This document shows, piece by piece, positions 46,800-53,680 of a stretch of 64,000 bases of DNA. Each line of letters starts with the position of its first letter. The stretch's first letter is position 1. The position numbers and the translations under genes are program-made. This DNA comes from Ruminococcaceae bacterium UBA1404 (GTDB taxonomy: Bacteria > Bacillota > Clostridia > Oscillospirales > Ruminococcaceae), in the NCBI GenBank assembly GCA_002305075.1, contig DBQC01000022.1:22238-86237 (forward strand), given 5' to 3'. The notes under the pieces are model-generated. The model saw only the letters and a list, made by a program, of their open reading frames with translations, had not been told where the DNA came from and ran no database searches.

Positions 46800-47199
46800 G
46801 CATTAACAATATATTCGTCAAATTCACTAAAAATGTAGGCATTTTTTCTAAAAATAGTTAGTTTAACCTAGACATTATGGGATATTATTGCAATTTGTAC
46901 AAGCTCATTCCGAATGGGTCCGTCTAAAATATAATGGTTCCTTATTTTAGGACACACAAAATATGAACAAAAGTCACGATTTGTTCATATATTCGGCCCC
47001 ATCCTACTTTTTTCACCTTTGTGTTTGTTTGATTCCCCCGCAGCTCCCTTGTTTTATATGTATTTTGGCGAGCGGGTAAACTTGTCTTTGCTGCGCCAAA
47101 AGGTTTTCGGTTTTTTCACCAAACTTTAGAGCACTTTTTCTCCGTTTGGTCGAAATGCCCTATTGGGTACCTATTTATATACAAATGTGCTATGCGCTC

Positions 47200-47243
47200 C
47201 GGAAAAAGTTAAAGGCCGCTGCGCAGTTAGCGCAGCGGCCTTA
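47200..47243 (-). terminator. Strong terminator after M20 paralog P1
   Basis: 13-bp stem aaggccgctgcgc / gcgcagcggcctt. On the minus strand it is followed by TAACTTTTTCC. Confidence 0.8.
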
Positions 47244-47274
47244 TTAGCCTGCTATGGGTAGGAAGGCTGCCAGT

Positions 47275-48702
47275 CTACCAGATCTCGGGCATATAGCCCT
47301 CGGGCAGGGGGTTGGGGTAGGTCTCTCCGTCCAGATCCTCAATCCACTGGGCTCGGGCGGCGGCCACCAGCTCGGGGTCGGTCATAAAGTCCAGCACTGC
47401 GCAAGCCATCGCCTTAGAGGCGGCAAACATGGCCTTGTGGGCGTTGGAGCTGCATCCCTGCGCTGTGGCCTGCCAGGAGTGGGCAGCCGTGGCCGGCGCC
47501 CAGGTGGCGGTGGTCAGCTGTGCTGTGGGCACAACCCAACTCACATCGCCCACATCGGTAGAGCCGCCGGCACCCATGTCGACCGAGGGGGCCACCACAT
47601 TGAGAATGGGCTCCCTAAGCCAGCGCTCGGCCTCGGCCTTGGGCAGTAGCTTTTTAATGCTGCCGACAAGGTTGTCTCTGTCCATCTGGGTGGTCACGGC
47701 GGTAAAGCGGCGAGCGTATTCCAGCTCCTCCTCGGTGTAGTCGATGGGTACAAAGTTGCGCAGATGAGCATCCAGCCGGGCGGCGATAACCTTGTTGGTG
47801 ATGAGGTCGGAGTAGGCCGACACCTGCTTGATTTCTACGGTGGTCTCGGTGATGAGGGCGGCGCCCTTGGCAATGTTGTCGATGCGGCGCTTAAGCTCCT
47901 GAACCTGGGTTACCTTGGGCGCCCGAATGGCATAGAGAACCTGCGCTCTGGACTGCACCACATTGGGAGCGGTGCCGCCACTGTCGGTAACGGCGTAGTG
48001 CACCCGAGCCTGGCTGATCATATGCTCGCGCATATAGTTGACGCCCACATTCATAATTTCCACGGCGTCGAGGGCAGAACGGCCCAAATGGGGTGAGCCG
48101 GCGGCATGGGCCGAAGTGCCGTGGAAGGTATAGAACACCCGGAAGTTGGCCAGCGAGCTGCCCAAAGAGACCTGATTAACCGTGCTGGGGTGCCATGTTA
48201 TGGCGATGTCGCAGTCGTCAAAAAGGCCGTCCCGCACCAAAAAGGCCTTGCCGCCGGCGTTTTCTTCGGCGGGGCAGCCATAGTAGCGGATGGTGCCGGG
48301 AATATCGTTCTGCTCCATATACTCCTTAACCGCCGTGGCTGCCGCAGCCGAACCCGCACCCAGCAAATGGTGGCCGCAGCCATGTCCCTGACCGCCCGCT
48401 TCCACCGGGTCGTGCTCGGTGACATCGGCCTTTTGCGATAGGCCGGACAGCGCATCGAACTCGCCTAAGATGGCGATAACCGGCTTGCCGCTTCCCCATT
48501 CGGCGATAAAGGCCGTCTCCTGACCGGCCAGCCCTGCCCGAATGCTAAAGCCCAAATCGGCCAAAACCTTCTGCTGCAGCTCAGACGATTGATACTCCTG
48601 AAACCGAGGCTCGGCAAAGCCCCAGATGCGGTCGCTCATGTCTGTAAAAAGTGCCTCATGTTTCGTTATTAGGGCTGCTATGTCCTGACTTCTTTTGTCC
48701 AT
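47275..48702 (-). CDS. AbgB-type M20D amidohydrolase, paralog P1 (clade A)
   Basis: 475 aa. Motifs DRIWGFAEPRFQE, GKPVIAILGEFDALSGLSQ, GHGCGHH, PAEENAGGK, SAHAAGSPHLGRSALDA, GSTDVGDVSW, C-terminal PEIW. ATG 48702 lies 8 nt after GGAGG. Confidence 0.9.
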   Translation of the reverse strand: MDKRSQDIAALITKHEALFTDMSDRIWGFAEPRFQEYQSSELQQKVLADLGFSIRAGLAGQETAFIAEWGSGKPVIAILGEFDALSGLSQKADVTEHDPVEAGGQGHGCGHHLLGAGSAAAATAVKEYMEQNDIPGTIRYYGCPAEENAGGKAFLVRDGLFDDCDIAITWHPSTVNQVSLGSSLANFRVFYTFHGTSAHAAGSPHLGRSALDAVEIMNVGVNYMREHMISQARVHYAVTDSGGTAPNVVQSRAQVLYAIRAPKVTQVQELKRRIDNIAKGAALITETTVEIKQVSAYSDLITNKVIAARLDAHLRNFVPIDYTEEELEYARRFTAVTTQMDRDNLVGSIKKLLPKAEAERWLREPILNVVAPSVDMGAGGSTDVGDVSWVVPTAQLTTATWAPATAAHSWQATAQGCSSNAHKAMFAASKAMACAVLDFMTDPELVAAARAQWIEDLDGETYPNPLPEGYMPEIW

Positions 48703-48734
48703 GCTGGACACCTCCTTAGGTTGTAAAACACCTG

Positions 48735-48763
48735 ACGCTCCCCCGGACCGGCCGGGGGAGCGT
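48735..48763 (-). terminator. GC-rich hairpin between P2 and P1 (possible attenuator or partial terminator)
   Basis: 12-bp perfect stem acgctcccccgg / ccgggggagcgt with a 5-nt loop. The minus-strand tail is CAGGTGTTTTA. Confidence 0.35.
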
Positions 48764-48796
48764 TTGGTATCATATCTCAGATGGGTAAAATGTGCA

Positions 48797-50224
48797 TTAC
48801 CAGATCTCGGGCATGTAGCCTTTGGGCAGAGGATTGGGATAGGTCTCGCCGTCCAGGTCCTCAATCCACTGGGCTCGGGCAGCAGCCACCAGCTCGGGGT
48901 CGGTCATGAAGTCCATCGCCGCGCAGGCCATGGTCTTGGCGGCCACAACAAGGCCCTTGTCGGCCACGGGACCCTTGGCTTGGGCGGTGGCCTGCCAGGA
49001 GTGACCGGCCGTACCGGGCGCCCAGGTGGCTGTGCTGATTTGGGCGGTGGGTACCACCCAGCTTACATCGCCCACATCGGTGGAGCCACGGCCAAGCACC
49101 GTGGTGGGTGCCACAAAGTTGTAGATGGCGGCGCCGTTCCACTTATTAAAGTCTTCCTTATTGGGCAGCACCTTTTTAAGCAGTTCGGGCATATTCTTGC
49201 GGTCGAGATCGGTGATAACCTTGGTAAACTTGCGGGCGTATTCCATCTCCTCATCGGTGTATTCCACCGGTACAAAAGCACTAAGGTGCGCACCCAACTG
49301 CTTTTCGATAACCGCATTCGAGATGGTGTTGGAATAGGCCGACACCTGCTTGATTTCTACGGTGGTCTCGGTGATGAGGGCGGCGCCCTTGGCGATGTTG
49401 TCGATGCGGCGCTTGAGCTCCTGCACCTCGGTCACCTTGGGGGCACGAATGGCATAGAGAACCTGGGCTCTGGACTGCACCACATTGGGGGCGGTGCCGC
49501 CGGTGTCGATGACAGCATAGTGCACCCGAGCGTCCGAAATCATATGCTCACGCATATAGTTTACGCCCACATTCATAATCTCCACGGCATCCAGCGCCGA
49601 GCGGCCCAAGTGGGGTGCACCGGCGGCGTGGGCCGAAGTGCCGTGGAAGGTGTAGAACACCCGGAAGTTGGCCAGCGATCCGCCGGCTGAGACCATATTA
49701 AACTGGTTGGGATGCCAGCAGATGGCGATATCGCAGTCATCGAAAAATCCGTCACGCACCAAGAAGGCCTTTCCGCCGGCGTTCTCTTCGGCGGGGCAGC
49801 CATAGTAGCGGATGGTGCCGGGCAGGTTATGCTTTTCCATGTACTCCTTGACAGCCGCCGCCGCCGAAGCCGAGGCCGCGCCGAGGATATTGTGGCCGCA
49901 ACCGTGGCCCTGATCCATGCCGGCGACCGGGGTATGTACATCGCAGTCGGCCTCCTGAGAGAGGCCGGACAGGGCGTCGAACTCACCTAAGATGGCGATA
50001 ACCGGCTTGCCGCTGCCCCATTCGGCGATAAAAGCCGTCTCCTCTCCGGCGAGACCCACGGTGTTTTTAAAGCCTAACTCCTCCATGACCTTTTGCTGCA
50101 GCTCGGATGATTTGTACTCCTGGAAACGGGGCTCGGCAAACCCCCAGATCTGATGGCTCATGTCGATGAAGATGTCCTTACGGTCGTCCACCAACTGGGC
50201 TATTTCTGCTCTTCTCTTTTCCAC
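48797..50224 (-). CDS. AbgB-type M20D amidohydrolase, paralog P2 (clade A)
   Basis: 475 aa counted from GTG 50224, which lies 6 nt after GGAGG at 50231-50235. The track TTG 50242 lies upstream of the SD. Same motif set as P1. Confidence 0.9.
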   Translation of the reverse strand: MEKRRAEIAQLVDDRKDIFIDMSHQIWGFAEPRFQEYKSSELQQKVMEELGFKNTVGLAGEETAFIAEWGSGKPVIAILGEFDALSGLSQEADCDVHTPVAGMDQGHGCGHNILGAASASAAAAVKEYMEKHNLPGTIRYYGCPAEENAGGKAFLVRDGFFDDCDIAICWHPNQFNMVSAGGSLANFRVFYTFHGTSAHAAGAPHLGRSALDAVEIMNVGVNYMREHMISDARVHYAVIDTGGTAPNVVQSRAQVLYAIRAPKVTEVQELKRRIDNIAKGAALITETTVEIKQVSAYSNTISNAVIEKQLGAHLSAFVPVEYTDEEMEYARKFTKVITDLDRKNMPELLKKVLPNKEDFNKWNGAAIYNFVAPTTVLGRGSTDVGDVSWVVPTAQISTATWAPGTAGHSWQATAQAKGPVADKGLVVAAKTMACAAMDFMTDPELVAAARAQWIEDLDGETYPNPLPKGYMPEIW

Positions 50225-50242
50225 AGTGCTCCTCCTTTGCAA

Positions 50243-51673
50243 TTACCAAATTTCAGGTTTGTATCCTTCGGGCAGCGGCGATTTATAAACTTGGCCATCC
50301 AGCTCTTCAAGCAGGGCTATTCTAGCCTTGTCTACCAAGGTGGGATCTAAAATAAAGGAAAGGCCGGTGAGCGCCATGACCTTGGACGCATAAAGCATCC
50401 CCTTATGTGTCACTGAGCTCTTGCCTTGGGCGGTCTCCAGCCAACTGTGGCCGGTGCAGCCCATGGAATAGCAGCTGACAAAGCACCAGGCGGTGGGCAC
50501 CACCCAGCTTACATCCCCTACATCGGTGGAGCCGGAACCCTTGGGATAGCGGGTAAACAGCACATCCGAGATGGGCTTTTGCATATGGGCCTCGAGCTCG
50601 GCGCCTTTAAGTCCCAGATACTGCTGAGCCAATGCCTTGTAGTTTTGTATATCGGCCTCGGGGGTGGCGTCCTTAAACTTCTGAAGGTAGACAAGCTCCT
50701 CGTCGGTATAGGTGAGGGTGTGGTGCAGCGCCTCCATATACTTTTGCATCTCGGCGCCTACAACGCTGTTGGCAAGGTAGTTGGTATAGGCCGACACCTG
50801 CTTGATTTCCACCTCGGTTTCGGTGATGAGGGCGGCGCCCCTGGCGATGTTGTCGATGCGGCGCTTAAGCTCCTGCACATCGGTCACCTTGGGGGCCCGA
50901 ATGGCATAGAGAACCTGGGCTCTAGACTGCACCACATTGGGGGCGGTGCCGCCGGTGTCGGTGACGGCGTAGTGTACGCGGGCGTCCGAAATCATATGCT
51001 CGCGCATATAGTTTACGCCCACATTCATAATTTCCACGGCATCCAGCGCCGAGCGGCCCAGATGGGGTGCGCCGGCAGCGTGGGCCGAAGTGCCCTTAAA
51101 TGTGTAGAATACTCGGAAGTTGGCGAGAAGGCCCGTGGGCTGAAGGCCGGTGCTGGTGCCGGTGTGCCAGGTGATGGCAATGTCGCAGCCGTCAAAAGCG
51201 CCGTCGCGTACCATAAACGCCTTGCCGCCCGCGTTCTCCTCGGCCGGGCAGCCGTAAAACCGCACCGTGCCCTTAAGGCCCGCTTCGGTCATGTAGTCCT
51301 TGAGGGCCACCGCCGCGCCGGCAGAGCCGGCACCCAGTGTGTGATGACCGCATCCATGGCCCTGGCCGCCCTCCTCGATGGGGGTGTGCACAGCGACATC
51401 GGCCTGTTGAGACAGGCCGGACAGCGCATCGTACTCGCCTAAAAAGCCGATAACCGGTTTGCCCTCGCCCCACTGGCTCATAAAGGCTGTATCGGCCCCG
51501 CCTATGCCCCAGGTTGTTTTAAAGCCCTGGCTCTCCAGCAGCTCGGCCAGCAACTTCGCCGATTTAACCTCCTGAAAGCGGGGTTCTGCAAAGGCCCAGA
51601 TCTGATCGTTTGCTTCGATAAACAGGTCGCGTTTGTGTTCGACAAGCTCGGATATACGGTTTATGTAATCCAT
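50243..51673 (-). CDS. AbgB-type M20D amidohydrolase, paralog P3 (clade A, divergent pocket motif)
   Basis: 476 aa from ATG 51673. Same motif set as P1. Carries VVPTAWCFVSCYSMGCTGHSW instead of VVPTAQ.TTATWAPGTAGHSW. Confidence 0.9.
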   Translation of the reverse strand: MDYINRISELVEHKRDLFIEANDQIWAFAEPRFQEVKSAKLLAELLESQGFKTTWGIGGADTAFMSQWGEGKPVIGFLGEYDALSGLSQQADVAVHTPIEEGGQGHGCGHHTLGAGSAGAAVALKDYMTEAGLKGTVRFYGCPAEENAGGKAFMVRDGAFDGCDIAITWHTGTSTGLQPTGLLANFRVFYTFKGTSAHAAGAPHLGRSALDAVEIMNVGVNYMREHMISDARVHYAVTDTGGTAPNVVQSRAQVLYAIRAPKVTDVQELKRRIDNIARGAALITETEVEIKQVSAYTNYLANSVVGAEMQKYMEALHHTLTYTDEELVYLQKFKDATPEADIQNYKALAQQYLGLKGAELEAHMQKPISDVLFTRYPKGSGSTDVGDVSWVVPTAWCFVSCYSMGCTGHSWLETAQGKSSVTHKGMLYASKVMALTGLSFILDPTLVDKARIALLEELDGQVYKSPLPEGYKPEIW

Positions 51674-51832
51674 AACATCCTTCCCCTTTCTCTTGTGACA
51701 GCAAGCCCGTTCATGGTGCCTTTGGCAGGCGAATAGTTGTCCACCCACCACTTAAACTATACGGGGCAAGCCCTAAAATAATACCAGCATTTTAAGGCCA
51801 TACCGCAAGGGGTGGCAGGGGCATCCTTTTTT

Positions 51833-51861
51833 ATTATACCTGCTTTTTTGATATGGAACAA
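51833..51861 (-). promoter_or_regulatory. Sigma-70 promoter for P3-P2-P1
   Basis: On the minus strand: TTGTTC (rev-comp of 51856-51861), 17-nt spacer, TATAAT (51833-51838). Confidence 0.6.
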
Positions 51862-51989
51862 TTAGCACAAACGATGATATTTATGCCGGGTTTTTGTGGG
51901 TTCTTACAGGTGTTTGCGCAGTTTTTATATCGTGCAAAAACACCCCCACTTGGCAGCAGAGTGGGCCGGGTGGCGGTGAAGATCTAAAC

Positions 51990-52027
51990 CATTATAGAAT
52001 TGCGCCCGTCCTGATGGACGGGCGCAG
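51990..52027 (-). terminator. Hairpin terminator after P4
   Basis: tgcgcccgtcc / ggacgggcgca stem immediately after the P4 stop. The minus-strand U-tail is weak (ATTCTATAAT). Confidence 0.5.
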
Positions 52028-52031
52028 TTTG

Positions 52032-53483
52032 TTACATCTTATCCCCCACGGCGATGGGCACCGCATCGGCGGGGATAGGGCAGCGGTAGCTTTCGCCCCC
52101 AAGCTTTTTCTCCCACTCGGCCTTGGCGGCTGCCACAATGTCGGGGTTCTCATAAATATCAATAGCGGCGCCGGCCAACACCCGACTGGCGCAGAGCACC
52201 CCCTTGTGAGCAATGGAGGTGTTGCCAATGGCCACATTCTGCCAAGAGTGGCCGGGGCTGTTGGAAGCCTGGGTCACCGTGGTAATCTGGGCCGTGGGGC
52301 AAATCCAGCTGACATCCCCCACATCGGTGGAGCCCATGCGCATGGCGGTGCTGGAATAATAGGGCACCAAGAAGTCGTTTAGGGGTCGGCCGTCGGCAAT
52401 TTTGGATTTGACATACTCGCCGATTTCGGGGTCCTGATTGGCCGCAAAGCCGGGCAGCACGGTGCGGGGGTTCTCGTAGGTTTTGATAAGGGCGGCCGCC
52501 AGCGCTTTCTCCTCTTCGGTGTAGCTGGGCACACCGATCTGGGCAAAGTTGTCATAAAGCAGCTTTTCTAAGGTGAAATTGGGCACCGTATTGGAGGTGC
52601 CGTCGATAAAGCGGCGCTTTAGGGTGGTCTCGGTCATAAGGGCGGCACCCTCGGCAATTTTGTCCAGCCGCTTTAGCAAATCGAGGGCCTGGCCCACCTT
52701 TTGGGAGCGCACCATGTAGAGCACTTGAGCCTCGGGCTGCACCACATTGGGCGAGTATCCGCCGGCGTCGGTGATGGCGTAGTGGATGCGGGCCGAATCG
52801 ATCATATGCTCGCGAAGGAACTGCACGCCCACATTCATCAGCTCCACGGCGTCCAGCGCCGAACGACCCAAATGGGGGTCGCCGGCAGCGTGGGCCGATA
52901 CACCGGTAAACTTATACTCTATCTGCAAGCTGGAGTTGCAGGTACCGGTGGTCACCTCATTGGTGCTGCCCGGATGCCAACAAAAGGCGATATCCAGCTC
53001 GTCGAACACGCCGTCCCGGGCCATAAAGGCCTTGCCGGCGCCCCCCTCCTCGCCGGGGGTGCCGTAGAACACCAGCGTACCGCTGCCCTCGGGTTTGGAC
53101 TCTAAGTAAGCCTTAACGGCCAGCGCTGCGCCAAAGGAGCCGGCCCCCAAGGCGTGGTGGTGGCAACCATGACCGGGCTTGCCTGCCTCTATGGGGCGAC
53201 GCTCGGCCATACCTCCCTGCTGAGAGAGGCCATCCAGCGCATCGTATTCGGCGAGAATGCCGATAATCGGTCGTCCGCTGCCCACCCTGCCGAGAAAGGC
53301 GGTATCCATGCCGGCCACCGGTGTCTGTACATCAAAGCCCTCATCCTTGAGCTTTTGGATATAGAAGGCCGCCGACTTTTTCTCGAGCAGCGACAGCTCG
53401 GCGTAGTCCCATATGGTGTCGCTTACCTCGATGATTAAATCCTGTTTTTGGTTTATCACCTCAAGGGCGTCTTGCTTGGTCAT
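52032..53483 (-). CDS. AbgB-type M20D amidohydrolase, paralog P4 (clade B, most divergent)
   Basis: 483 aa. Motifs DTIWDYAE, ILAEYDALDGLSQ, GHGCHHH (G to H variant), PGEEGGAGK, SAHAAGDPHLGRSALDA, GSTDVGDVSW. Confidence 0.9.
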   Translation of the reverse strand: MTKQDALEVINQKQDLIIEVSDTIWDYAELSLLEKKSAAFYIQKLKDEGFDVQTPVAGMDTAFLGRVGSGRPIIGILAEYDALDGLSQQGGMAERRPIEAGKPGHGCHHHALGAGSFGAALAVKAYLESKPEGSGTLVFYGTPGEEGGAGKAFMARDGVFDELDIAFCWHPGSTNEVTTGTCNSSLQIEYKFTGVSAHAAGDPHLGRSALDAVELMNVGVQFLREHMIDSARIHYAITDAGGYSPNVVQPEAQVLYMVRSQKVGQALDLLKRLDKIAEGAALMTETTLKRRFIDGTSNTVPNFTLEKLLYDNFAQIGVPSYTEEEKALAAALIKTYENPRTVLPGFAANQDPEIGEYVKSKIADGRPLNDFLVPYYSSTAMRMGSTDVGDVSWICPTAQITTVTQASNSPGHSWQNVAIGNTSIAHKGVLCASRVLAGAAIDIYENPDIVAAAKAEWEKKLGGESYRCPIPADAVPIAVGDKM

Positions 53484-53521
53484 GACCTCATTTCCTTTCC
53501 GTTTTGGAATCTATGAGGATT

Positions 53522-53549
53522 ATTATATACCTTGGCGAGGGATTTGCAA
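53522..53549 (-). promoter_or_regulatory. Sigma-70 promoter for P4
   Basis: On the minus strand: TTGCAA (53544-53549), 16-nt spacer, TATAAT (rev-comp of 53522-53527). Lies ~32 nt before the P4 ATG. Confidence 0.6.
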
Positions 53550-53563
53550 AGTGTATTTTTCTG

Positions 53564-53627
53564 TTTATGCGCATAAAATAAAGTTTTTTGCGATTTTGCC
53601 TTGCTTTATTGTTATTATATGCGCATA
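53564..53627. promoter_or_regulatory. Two copies of a TATGCGCATA palindrome (operator-like sites) upstream of the P4 promoter
   Basis: Perfect 14-bp palindrome TTTATGCGCATAAA at 53564-53577 and perfect 10-bp palindrome TATGCGCATA at 53618-53627. Centres are 52 bp apart. Confidence 0.5.
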
Positions 53628-53658
53628 AATATTGGAGGGCCGGCAGCGCCGACCCTCC
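53628..53658 (-). terminator. Hairpin terminator after P5
   Basis: ggagggccgg / ccgaccctcc stem with one mismatch. The minus-strand tail is AATATTTATG. Confidence 0.45.
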
Positions 53659-53680
53659 GGGTTTAAGTAGCGTTTTTTTC

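Noticed and set aside
46963-47079. 38-codon Cys-rich hydrophobic small ORF (MNKSHDLFIYSAPSYFFHLCVCLIPPQLPCFICILASG) inside the AT-rich island.
   Set aside because: It has no SD and its start lies inside the inverted repeat. AT-rich DNA yields such ORFs by chance, and nothing supports translation.
51674-51826. THF (folate) riboswitch in the P3 leader, suggested by the Abg-folate connection and a UUAAGUG string.
   Set aside because: Apart from that heptamer I cannot find the other conserved THF-I elements or the pseudoknot arrangement. It is kept only as an unclassified structured leader in the findings.
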